Shown in pieces: positions 1 through 8,269 of a stretch of DNA of 41,584 nt (position 1 is its first letter; each line of letters starts with the position of its first letter). Made by a program: the position numbers and the translations under genes. This DNA comes from a virus (taxonomy: Duplodnaviria > Caudoviricetes). Where the stretch lies: positions 1-41,584 of the IMG/VR virus record IMGVR_UViG_3300037782_000169; one strand, 5' to 3'. A model generated the notes under the pieces. The model did no database searches, was not told the origin of the DNA, and saw only the letters and a program-made list of their open reading frames with translations.

Positions 1-35
1 TCAGAAGGTCGGAGGTTCGAATCCTCTCACCCCGA
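1..35 (+). tRNA. 3' half of a tRNA, probably tRNA-Pro; att core
   Basis: TCAGA (anticodon stem 3' strand) AGGTC GGAGG-TTCGAAT-CCTCT (T arm) CACCCCG A. The acceptor strand would pair with 5'-CGGGGTG; C1-G72 and A73 are typical of tRNA-Pro. No CCA encoded; the anticodon is outside the window. Confidence 0.85.
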
Positions 36-1434
36 TTTCAATCCTCTTGCCTGCAGATCGCGGCAAGTCACCAAAAGATGCGGGAGAACCGAGTCGATGA
101 TGATCGTCAGTCGGCCCTGGAGGTTCAATCCCGCATGGATTGGTGATGGTTTTGTTTTCAGACGCTTGGCCTGACTGACGATCACTCACAGTATCGGTCA
201 TCCTCTGAATTGAGTCAAGAGGATTCGTTATATTTTTTTTTGAGATCAACGCGCCGAGCGCTTCTGCAACGCCCACCTGGTCCGATTCCTGAACATCGTT
301 GTAGTGCTTGAGTGTTGTCACCACGGTGCTGTGCCCGAGTCGCTGCTGGACAAGTTTTGGGTCCGTTTTCATGCGCAAGAGTTGGGTCGCGTGCAGCCTA
401 CGAAAGCAGTGGAATCCGAGGTTTCGACCCAACGGATCAACCGCGGGAACGCCTGCTTTTTCAGCGTCGCGGAGCAGCACACGGTGGTGGGGGCGCGTGA
501 ACGCGAGATCGTCAGGTCCTAGGTTTCTCGGGTGATTCTCGAAGTAAGAACGCAAGATTTCTCTGTCGTGCTCGCTGATCACGATCGTGCGCTCGCGTGA
601 GTTCTTCCCCGAGTTGAACGCTGGGATCTGCACCTTGGGAACATCGTCGTCGAGCAGGATGTGCTTCACGCGAAGATGCTCCGCCGTCGAGATCCGGATG
701 CCGGTGCACAGCAGGATCCAGTAGAAACCTGAACGCACCACCACGGATCCGTCCGCGTGCTTCGTGCTCGGGTTCGCTGATTGCTCGTCGGCGCGTGCGG
801 CCTCGAAGATCGCGATCGCCTCGTCGAGCTTGAGTGCTCGAGCCTGCTTCTGCTGGACTTTCGCGTGATCGATATCCCTGCATGGGTTCGCCCAGCTCGC
901 GGGCACGCGTTCGTTCTTCTTGCACCACTCGAAGAAGTTGCGCAGCCCACAGGTGTAGTTGTTCATGGTCTTGGCGCTGATCGGCTTGCCGCGTGTGCCC
1001 TGCTCCGCGAGATCACTCAGATACGCCCGGACCATGTCCGCGTCGAGCTCGTGGATCAGCTCGACGCCGGCATGCGTGCGGAGCCGATCGAGCAGACGGA
1101 CCACCTTCGGGATGTACTCCGGGCTCCGGCGAAGCATCCGCGCATTGGACTCCCAAGCCTCGACCACCTGATCCCAGGTGAAGGCGCATGGAGCGACACG
1201 AGATGTCTGTGTGTGCATGGGTATCGGCTCATGAGTGGAGGCGTCCATGCCGTGCCCTGATACACCCAGCGTATCTCGCCCGCTGTCGTCAGTCCAGCAA
1301 AACTCGATGTTCACAACGCCTTTCGATACAAGGCGTTGCGGCGTCTTGCCGTCCATCAGGACGATCACCGTCGGTATCTCGGTCTGGACAGAATCATCGC
1401 GCACGGACATAAACGCCCGTTCTCGCGTCTCCAC
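1..1434 (-). CDS. int: Tyrosine recombinase / phage integrase
   Basis: SAM-like N-terminal part (SAKTMNNYTCGLRNFFEW) and catalytic motifs TGIR, GK, FHCFRR, LGHS, KHY; exact start uncertain. Confidence 0.95.
   Translation of the reverse strand: METRERAFMSVRDDSVQTEIPTVIVLMDGKTPQRLVSKGVVNIEFCWTDDSGRDTLGVSGHGMDASTHEPIPMHTQTSRVAPCAFTWDQVVEAWESNARMLRRSPEYIPKVVRLLDRLRTHAGVELIHELDADMVRAYLSDLAEQGTRGKPISAKTMNNYTCGLRNFFEWCKKNERVPASWANPCRDIDHAKVQQKQARALKLDEAIAIFEAARADEQSANPSTKHADGSVVVRSGFYWILLCTGIRISTAEHLRVKHILLDDDVPKVQIPAFNSGKNSRERTIVISEHDREILRSYFENHPRNLGPDDLAFTRPHHRVLLRDAEKAGVPAVDPLGRNLGFHCFRRLHATQLLRMKTDPKLVQQRLGHSTVVTTLKHYNDVQESDQVGVAEALGALISKKNITNPLDSIQRMTDTVSDRQSGQASENKTITNPCGIEPPGPTDDHHRLGSPASFGDLPRSAGKRIEIGVRGFEPPTF
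190..241 (-). promoter_or_regulatory. Sigma70-type promoter inside the 3' end of int, pointing towards att
   Basis: Minus strand TTGACT (218-213), 17 nt, GATACT (195-190), with an upstream A-tract (UP-like). Inverted repeat ATCCTCT (200-206) / AGAGGAT (218-224) overlaps the -35. Confidence 0.65.
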
Positions 1435-1447
1435 GAAGCCAGGCAGA

Positions 1448-1786
1448 TCAGATACTGAAACTCATCTGCAGTGCTGCAGCAGGGAACTCGTCGCCGGGCC
1501 ACGCGGTGTGCCACTGCTCACCGTCGAACCAGAACACGAGCGCATCAGCGGTCGTCTCGACGCTCTGGCACTGCATCAGGTCGAACGCGTACGCGGCTTG
1601 AGCGGCGGTGATGCACGGCTCGCTCCCATCGCACGCCTTGATCGCCTTCTGATAGGCGGCGCACGCGTCGTCGTAGCAATCGATCTGAGCCTGCGATGCG
1701 TCCTGCGGTGGGGCCTCGCACGGGACCTCCGGCGAGCCGATTGGACCCATGGTGGATGTGAGAACAAGAGTAGCGAGAGTGAACAT
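1448..1786 (-). CDS. Small exported Cys-rich protein
   Basis: Hydrophobic N-terminus, 6 Cys in helical spacing, AGAGGA SD upstream. Confidence 0.7.
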   Translation of the reverse strand: MFTLATLVLTSTMGPIGSPEVPCEAPPQDASQAQIDCYDDACAAYQKAIKACDGSEPCITAAQAAYAFDLMQCQSVETTADALVFWFDGEQWHTAWPGDEFPAAALQMSFSI

Positions 1787-2046
1787 TGGGCAGTCCTCTT
1801 TTGGCGTCGGAACTCCTTGCTCCGACTGGATTTGTGAATAAATCCAGTATTGCCAGAGGACAGAAATAGCGCAAGAGCAAACTCAGCAAAACGCCGAAAA
1901 TGGGGCTTTGCCTCATGCTGATTTGCTGTATCGGACTTCGCCATAAATCTCACTCCCACAGGTACAGCGCACGCCGACCCCGTTTCGTCACCGACGAATC
2001 TGAAAAAAGTCACTTTGTGGATAACCGTGTGAGGATGGGTAGTTTG

Positions 2047-2075
2047 TTTAGATCACGCGCGTTATGCCCTATAAT
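2047..2075 (+). promoter_or_regulatory. Probable promoter giving a leaderless ECF sigma mRNA
   Basis: TTTAGA, 17 nt, TATAAT (2070-2075); ATG at 2082. Confidence 0.5.
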
Positions 2076-2081
2076 CACAGG

Positions 2082-2552
2082 ATGACGAGTGGAATACACG
2101 ACTCTTGGTTCGCGTCGGTACTCGGCTCGGAGACTTGGAAGGGCAAGATCCGTGCATCGATCGGACGCAGCCTGCGGCGTGATGTTGATACAGTGGATAT
2201 CCAGTCTGCCTCGATCTTCCGATTACTCAAACGGGATCTGATTCGCATGGGATTGTCCAGGGATGAAGCCAAGCGGCTGCTGTACCTCGAAAGCCAGCGA
2301 GAAGCGATCGACCGTGGTCGCAAGCGCAGCTCGCAGAACCGCATCGAGAACGAGCTCGCGGATATCAAGAGTGAATCGATCCCGCACATCGATCCGATTG
2401 AATACACAGTGGACGAGACGGACAGCATGATCCTCAAGATGCTCGGCGCCGGTCACACGAATGCCGAAGTCGCACGGCGGACCGGGTTGTCGGAGTCCGC
2501 GATCTCGAGCAGGATCCATCGGCTCAAGAAGAAACACAAGACTGGGACATGA
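2082..2552 (+). CDS. ECF-type sigma factor-like protein (degenerate region 2, region 4 HTH)
   Basis: DTVDIQSASIFRLL (region 2-like), GHTNAEVARRTGLSESAISSRIHRLK HTH; ATGA overlap with the kinase gene. Confidence 0.72.
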   Translation: MTSGIHDSWFASVLGSETWKGKIRASIGRSLRRDVDTVDIQSASIFRLLKRDLIRMGLSRDEAKRLLYLESQREAIDRGRKRSSQNRIENELADIKSESIPHIDPIEYTVDETDSMILKMLGAGHTNAEVARRTGLSESAISSRIHRLKKKHKTGT

Positions 2553-4402
2553 TCATGAGTTACTTTTCTCAGCTCGAACAATGCCCCTGCACGATCGGCG
2601 ATCTTGTGCGGGTCTTCGATGGGTGCAAGCCGCACCAGGACGCGGAGATCGCCGACTCGCTGGCGCTCGCATTCAGCAAGAACCCATCGCTGAGCATGAT
2701 GGATGTCGCGTCGGTCATCCCGCGCCTCACGACCATGCCCGAGTCCTCGGAGATCTGCATCAAGCACATGATGTACGGGCACCCCGAATCGGTCACAGCC
2801 GACGAACTCTGCAAGCAGTTCCCTGAGATCTCCGAGCGGATCACACTCATCGACACGCTGTACAACAATCTCGCGGTCGTCGCGAGCAGCAAGGAGGACG
2901 AGGAGACGCTGCCCCGTGCGTTTGGCTCGAAGCTGAACAACGGCGTCCAGCGATACCAGCTCACGGAGAAGATCGGCAGCGGCTCGCAGGGCGTCGTGTA
3001 CAGGGCGACGGACCTCATGTTCGAGACGCGCCCACAGGTCGCGGTCAAGATCTTCCGCACGCCCGGTGTGCGCGTCGCAGAAGCGAACGCGACATTCCTC
3101 TCCAAGCATCCGGGCGTCGTCGAAATACTCGAGCACGGGAGCGTCGAGGGACAGGGCTACGCCGTGTACGAACTGCTCGATGGCGAGGGGCTGGACACCT
3201 TCATGCCGGTCAATCCTCAGCTCGACTGGCGCGACAAGGTGAAGATCATCCTGCGCGTGTGCGAGACTGTGGTGAAGGTGCACGCCTGCGGCATCCTGCA
3301 TCGCGATATCAAGCCCAAGAACATCATGATGACCGAGAGCCGCGGCCCGGTGCTCACGGACTTCGGCGTCGCGATCGAGCGTTCGTATTCCTCGAGCGAT
3401 CTGCCAGGTGGATCGGTGTGCTTCGCAGCGCCCGAGCAGTTCAACGATCGAGCGACACCCGCGTCCGATGTGTACGGACTCGCCGGCGTGCTCTACTGGA
3501 TGATCACGCGGCACCCGCCAAACAGCGAGAGCCCGGAGATCGCGGTCCAGAACCTCAAAGCCAGGAAGCGTCCGGTGACGCACGACATGCGTTGCCCCGA
3601 CCGACTCAAGGCTGTGCTCGATCGCGCGCTTGACCCGGACCAGTTCAATCGAACATCGAGCGCGGCAGAGTTCGCGGACGATCTCCGCCGTGTGCTCGCG
3701 CACCGACCGATCAACTGGATGGACAGCTCGGCGTTCGCGCGGACAAAGCTCATGATCCGTCGGAGCCCCCTGCCGATTGCTGCCTGCATCGGTGCTGTGC
3801 TGCTCGTCGGCGCCGGGTACATCGCACAGAATCATCGCGAGCAGCAGAGGGCGGACGAGCTCATGAGCGGGCTCGCCAGCGTCGAGTCTGATCGCGATTC
3901 GATCCAGGAGCAGCTGTCGGCGGAGATCGAGCGGCTCATCGCTGAGAAGGAAAAGAAGGACAAGATCATCGAGGGGATGAACTATTACGCGAAGCTGGCA
4001 TCGGAGCGGATGAACTCGCTGGCGATGAGTCATTTGGTCAGGCCCGGTGTGGATCCTCAAGAAGCGCTCAAGATCGGGCTGTACCTGGAGGAGCTCTATG
4101 CTGCCGTCCCTGGGATGCGTGAGGCCGACCTGGACCAGCAGCTGCGCATGGCACAGGAGGCGGTCGTCGCGATGCCCGATGACACGCGCCCGGAGGATCT
4201 GGCGACAGCGCACATGACCGTCGCTCGGATCGCGCAGCTCGCAGACAGTCTCGAGTACATGGGCGAGCAAATAGCGCACTGGACCGCAGCGAGGGATCTC
4301 TGGGCCGAGATCCTGCCAGCCGATGCCCCGATCCTCGCTCGTCTGGATCGCTACTCGATCGAGGCGGGTCGTGCGGCTTCCGTGGACACCGCCGAGCCCT
4401 GA
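2549..4402 (+). CDS. Hanks-type Ser/Thr protein kinase with a TM helix and helical C-terminal domain
   Basis: GSGSQG, VAVK, HRDIKPKN, TDFG, APEQ, SDVYGLA motifs; hydrophobic PLPIAACIGAVLLVGAGYI segment. Confidence 0.95.
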   Translation: MIMSYFSQLEQCPCTIGDLVRVFDGCKPHQDAEIADSLALAFSKNPSLSMMDVASVIPRLTTMPESSEICIKHMMYGHPESVTADELCKQFPEISERITLIDTLYNNLAVVASSKEDEETLPRAFGSKLNNGVQRYQLTEKIGSGSQGVVYRATDLMFETRPQVAVKIFRTPGVRVAEANATFLSKHPGVVEILEHGSVEGQGYAVYELLDGEGLDTFMPVNPQLDWRDKVKIILRVCETVVKVHACGILHRDIKPKNIMMTESRGPVLTDFGVAIERSYSSSDLPGGSVCFAAPEQFNDRATPASDVYGLAGVLYWMITRHPPNSESPEIAVQNLKARKRPVTHDMRCPDRLKAVLDRALDPDQFNRTSSAAEFADDLRRVLAHRPINWMDSSAFARTKLMIRRSPLPIAACIGAVLLVGAGYIAQNHREQQRADELMSGLASVESDRDSIQEQLSAEIERLIAEKEKKDKIIEGMNYYAKLASERMNSLAMSHLVRPGVDPQEALKIGLYLEELYAAVPGMREADLDQQLRMAQEAVVAMPDDTRPEDLATAHMTVARIAQLADSLEYMGEQIAHWTAARDLWAEILPADAPILARLDRYSIEAGRAASVDTAEP

Positions 4403-4476
4403 TTTCTCTTGCAAAGCGTCTGAGCGATTGGTATTTTGGGACGGTCTGTTCCCCTTGGGATGGATAGATTTGAAAT

Positions 4477-4513
4477 GCTGCCCCTCCATCGTTTGGAGGG
4501 GCGGTTTTTTTTT
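4477..4513 (+). terminator. Rho-independent terminator after the sigma-kinase operon
   Basis: GCTGCCCCTCCA-TCGTT-TGGAGGGGCGGT followed by a T-run. Confidence 0.85.
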
Positions 4514-4734
4514 ACGGCAGTATGCGGTTGGCGCAATGGCGGATTCATCGTCGGATTATTCCATTTCATATTCCAGACCCTCGATTCAGACCTTTGGGGG
4601 GCGATTGTGGGCCGACAACTAGCTAGGGATTTGCGTCAACTACACACTTCCGTTTAATCATGTGCTGATCGCGGATCGTTCTGAAAACTGCACTCCTCGC
4701 GCGCGCGTATCCATACCGGGCGACTGAATCCAGC

Positions 4735-4763
4735 GTGACAAGTCTGATCGTCCGTGGTAGTAT
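4735..4763 (+). promoter_or_regulatory. Putative late-operon promoter
   Basis: GTGACA, 17 nt, TAGTAT with an extended -10 TG. Confidence 0.55.
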
Positions 4764-4871
4764 CTCATGCAGACGAGCTCACGAAGCTCGCCAGAGGGCA
4801 ACATGCCCGCTCATGGCAACACGCCAGCAACTCTCCGTTGTGGTGTGCCTGAGTGGGGCGAGTAAGCCGCC

Positions 4872-4904
4872 GTTGGTAGGACACCATCAACCCCGATGGA
4901 GTCC
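4872..4904 (+). promoter_or_regulatory. AGGAC-loop hairpin / SD-sequestering switch (CsrA-type site 1)
   Basis: TGGT-AGGAC-ACCA, or alternatively GGAC.CCATC (4879-4888) pairing with GATGG.GTCC (4895-4904) over the GGAG SD. Confidence 0.6.
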
Positions 4905-4907
4905 CCC

Positions 4908-5189
4908 ATGCGCTGGCCCGCCGAGCTGATCGAACTGTTCAACAACAACCGCGACCGCGTCACACAGCTTGTGAGCCGCGGCGTGTATGTCGTGATGTCC
5001 TATGTGCTCGGACGCATCACGGTGGCGCCGCCGGACGCGGATTCCACGATCAAGGACAACGCCGATCTGATCGCCGCCGGCATCGTCGGTGTGCTCGCTG
5101 TCGCGCTCGACCTCTGGCTGCACCGCAAGAAGCGGGGCGGCGTCATCGAAGACAACCCCGAAAAAGTGAAAACCAAGGAGAAATCGTGA
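4908..5189 (+). CDS. Small membrane protein, holin-like
   Basis: Two hydrophobic segments and a charged C-terminus (HRKKR...EKVKTKEKS); first gene of the late operon. Confidence 0.55.
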   Translation: MRWPAELIELFNNNRDRVTQLVSRGVYVVMSYVLGRITVAPPDADSTIKDNADLIAAGIVGVLAVALDLWLHRKKRGGVIEDNPEKVKTKEKS

Positions 5190-5767
5190 TGAAAACGACC
5201 ACGCTATCGCTCTGTCTGCTCCCGATCCTGCTGCTCGCTCTCGGTGGATGCACCGCGACGATGCCCTCGACCTCGAGCTCGTTCGTCGCTCCGGATGGGA
5301 CGCTCGACACGAACAACGGGCAGAACGCACAGTTCTGGGCAACCGGCGACGGACAGACGGGCGCCGCACAGCTCGACTCGGGTGTGATCAGCTCCGATGT
5401 CACCAACTGGCAGGGTACCGGGCTCAGCAACATCCTCGCGCTCACGAAGAACGGCGCCCAGGTCAAGAACTCGGGCGACCTGACCGCCGACACGCTCAGC
5501 ATCCAGTTCGGCGAGCCATACGCCGACGGTGACGGGCAGACGATCGTGCCGATCCAGTCGATCGAGATCGCGGGGCTCGTGAACAATGTGTCCGCGCCGA
5601 TCGATTCGCTGACGAGTCAGGTCGGTCTCTGGGTGTCGGTGCTCGCCGAGATCAGCGAGGACCAGCGTGACCAGGTGATCGCCGCGCTCGAGCGTGACAA
5701 GGTCATCACACAAGAGACCGCCGGCCTCGTGCGGGCGGCTCTGGAAGCAGTAAGCCCCGCGCCATAA
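5189..5767 (+). CDS. Lipoprotein (possibly lysis/spanin-related)
   Basis: Signal peptide II with lipobox LALGG-C; AAGGAG SD. Confidence 0.7.
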   Translation: MKTTTLSLCLLPILLLALGGCTATMPSTSSSFVAPDGTLDTNNGQNAQFWATGDGQTGAAQLDSGVISSDVTNWQGTGLSNILALTKNGAQVKNSGDLTADTLSIQFGEPYADGDGQTIVPIQSIEIAGLVNNVSAPIDSLTSQVGLWVSVLAEISEDQRDQVIAALERDKVITQETAGLVRAALEAVSPAP

Positions 5768-5776
5768 ACCAACTCG

Positions 5777-5810
5777 CGCCTGCCCTCGGAATACGGGGGT
5801 GGGTGTTTTT
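5777..5810 (+). terminator. Possible terminator/attenuator hairpin
   Basis: CGCCTGCCCTCG-GAATA-CGGGGGTGGGTG followed by TTTTT; many G-U pairs. Confidence 0.45.
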
Positions 5811-5829
5811 CTGTGAACGGAGCCCATGC

Positions 5830-6393
5830 TTGATCTCGCACACCATCCAAACGCATCCAGACCTCGAGGGGGTGGGGCTCGCAGAGTTCCTCGACTTCTA
5901 CTGGAAGCACTCCGTCGATGGCGCTGCGCTCGTGGACAAGAACAATCGTTGGGTCTCGCCGAATCCGAAGATCTGCTCACTTCTCGGGCATCCCGCGAGC
6001 AAGCTCGAACAAATGACCTGGATGGATGTCACCATCGAGCCGGATCGCAAGGAAGATCTCGACGCTGTTCGCGCCGTGATCGCCGGCGAGATCAGTCACT
6101 ATGTGATGGACAAGACCTACATCACGCGGATGGGCAACCAGATCCGTGCGCGCCTCACCGTGTACCCGATCCGCACGCCCACAGAGGACTTTGGGATGTT
6201 CCTCTCGCAGATCCAGGAGATCGACGGCGTGCCGGTGGTCGCCGAGGACGAGCTCCGCGTCGTGTGGAGATTCGCGGACAAGCACAAGAAGGCACTCGTC
6301 GTGTTCCTCGTCATGTGGGCGTTCGCCGGCGGCACATTCGTCGAGTCGATCCCCGATGCAATCGCGTTCATAGCCGGGCAGTTTGGAGGCTGA
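5830..6393 (+). CDS. Stand-alone PAS-domain protein with a C-terminal TM helix
   Basis: PAS S-box pattern (SVDGAALVD..NPKICSLLGHPASKL..WMDVT.EPD..KTYITRMGNQI); TM LVVFLVMWAFAGG; TTG start chosen from the GGAG SD. Confidence 0.8.
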   Translation: MISHTIQTHPDLEGVGLAEFLDFYWKHSVDGAALVDKNNRWVSPNPKICSLLGHPASKLEQMTWMDVTIEPDRKEDLDAVRAVIAGEISHYVMDKTYITRMGNQIRARLTVYPIRTPTEDFGMFLSQIQEIDGVPVVAEDELRVVWRFADKHKKALVVFLVMWAFAGGTFVESIPDAIAFIAGQFGG

Positions 6394-6397
6394 AACC

Positions 6398-8269
6398 ATG
6401 ACCGCGCCGTCGTTCACGCTCAACACCATCAAGCCGACCACGCTCATGGGCACCGTCAATGTCGGTGTGCATGTCAACATGGACACGCTCACGACCGGAG
6501 ACGACACGCCCAAACACAAAGCAGTGTTCTGGTGGTATCTCACGGCTCGCACAGGCTCCAGCCTCGACTCGATCCCCGATCGTCACCGCTACGCACTCGA
6601 TCGACGGCTCGGGACCGCCGCGGGCATCGTCAATCTCGCGGGGCGCGTGGTCAACACGCTCGTGGACCTGCTCGGTGCTGCATCAGGACGGGCGCGAACG
6701 CTTATCACCGGCTTCTCGCACTCGTATGTGCTCACACCCGGCGACTGGACCGTGCACTGCGTCGCGATGAACGAGGGTGGGGAGACGACGGAAGTGACAG
6801 AGGACATCTCGGTGTCGTCTGCGGCGTATACGACCAACACGCTCGCGACATCGGGCGGCGATCACGACAACCTCGAGGACGCGTTCAGCTGGATCAACGG
6901 CGGCGACGCACGAAAGCTCATCATCGACAACGATTTCGACGGCACAGCCGACACCTTCCTGCAGCTGCAGCGCAACAACCTGCTGGTGACGACGACCGAT
7001 CCGGACTCCGCGACGAAACCAAAGATCCGTCACAACGCGACCACCGGCAACACAACGCGTCTGCTCGAAGCGCTGCAGGGTTTCGAGTGCATCATCGTCG
7101 AGGGACTCGAGTTCAAGGGCTCGACGCGTTCGGCGGCGAACAACACCATGGCCTGGAGATTCCGGGGTGACAACTGCGCGTTGATCGGCTGTTCTTGCCC
7201 GGACGATCCGGACAGCGAATCGGCGTACTTCCCCAAATCGTTCTACTTCGACACCAACAGTCAGGCGATCAACGCGAATCTGCTGCTCAACTGCGACTCC
7301 AAGGGCTCGGGCGGCGGCACCGGGAACTACACGATCGCGACCGCCGGCACCAACACGGACACGATGAGTCATGTGTACGGCGGCGACTACGAGGAATCGG
7401 CGAACGAATCGATCTACCGCACGACGACCTCCAACGCGGCGCAGTACCCGAAGAACCTGCTGGGGTATTACAACAACACGGAGTCGTCGAGCAAGTCGTG
7501 CATCCGCTACACGAAGGTGGATTGGGGGGACATTGTCGATGTCTACTGCATCGACGGAGATCTCTGGATCGGTTCGGCAACCGGCGCGCAGAGCACGCTC
7601 CAGGTCAACGGCGTCGCTGTGCGTGGTGGGTGGTTTATCGGCGTGAGCTCGATCGGCAGCAATGTGTCTGTCAAGGACGCTGCGCAGAATGTGGTGTTCC
7701 TGAACTGTCGCATCGGCGCGGCGGGCATCGCGATGGGCACGGGCACACAGGGCGCCGATCACAACGCCAACGACAACATCTCGGTGATCAACTGCACGAT
7801 CGAGGGCATCCTCAACTCGGGTGGACGCTCGGACGCGGGATCAACAACCGGGTGCGAGATCATCGGCTGCATCATCAACGGCGATATCGACATCGTCGCG
7901 AGCCTGTTCACCGCCAACGGCGTGAAGGACAATGTGCTCGGCGGATCCGTGCAGCTCGACGGTGTGAACGAGGAGGATCCGGCGACGCTCAACGCCAGCA
8001 GCATCGGTCTGAACAATGTCGCTGGTCCTGTGACGCTCGGCGACAACCTCTATCCGAGCACGGATGAGACGGTCACCCGCGTCGGCGCGAACCAATCGGA
8101 TATGTGGGGCTACAGCCGCGCGGCAACAACGCAGGTCGGTGCGGTCGGTGCGCTCGTCGAGGATCCGGGTGAGTCATCAGGGGGCAGCGGCAGCGGCGGC
8201 GGCAGCTCGTCGAGTGGTCGCGGGCGCCGCGGTCGTGCACGAGCACGCAGATACAGGAGAATCACATGA
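6398..8269 (+). CDS. Right-handed beta-helix protein (tailspike/depolymerase-like) with Gly/Ser linker and Arg-rich C-tail
   Basis: Asn/Gly/Thr-rich repeats (IIVEGLEF, VVFLNCRI, ISVINCTI, EIIGCII). Confidence 0.6.
   Translation: MTAPSFTLNTIKPTTLMGTVNVGVHVNMDTLTTGDDTPKHKAVFWWYLTARTGSSLDSIPDRHRYALDRRLGTAAGIVNLAGRVVNTLVDLLGAASGRARTLITGFSHSYVLTPGDWTVHCVAMNEGGETTEVTEDISVSSAAYTTNTLATSGGDHDNLEDAFSWINGGDARKLIIDNDFDGTADTFLQLQRNNLLVTTTDPDSATKPKIRHNATTGNTTRLLEALQGFECIIVEGLEFKGSTRSAANNTMAWRFRGDNCALIGCSCPDDPDSESAYFPKSFYFDTNSQAINANLLLNCDSKGSGGGTGNYTIATAGTNTDTMSHVYGGDYEESANESIYRTTTSNAAQYPKNLLGYYNNTESSSKSCIRYTKVDWGDIVDVYCIDGDLWIGSATGAQSTLQVNGVAVRGGWFIGVSSIGSNVSVKDAAQNVVFLNCRIGAAGIAMGTGTQGADHNANDNISVINCTIEGILNSGGRSDAGSTTGCEIIGCIINGDIDIVASLFTANGVKDNVLGGSVQLDGVNEEDPATLNASSIGLNNVAGPVTLGDNLYPSTDETVTRVGANQSDMWGYSRAATTQVGAVGALVEDPGESSGGSGSGGGSSSSGRGRRGRARARRYRRIT

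Noticed and set aside
107-133. Second tRNA-T-arm-like string (GGAGGTTCAATCC) resembling the att core
   Set aside because: No cloverleaf can be built; better explained as one arm of the 68-146 hairpin
2076-2084. CACAGGATG, a good CsrA consensus over the sigma start codon
   Set aside because: The predicted TSS is at about 2081-2082, so most of the motif would not be transcribed
2453-4489. 678-aa minus-strand ORF, and similar long antisense ORFs (6683-7762, 11902-13014, 27616-29010, 31351-32643)
   Set aside because: Shadow frames of well-supported plus-strand genes in GC-rich DNA; no motifs
4698-4707. (CG)5 run, possible Z-DNA
   Set aside because: Too short to be meaningful at this GC content
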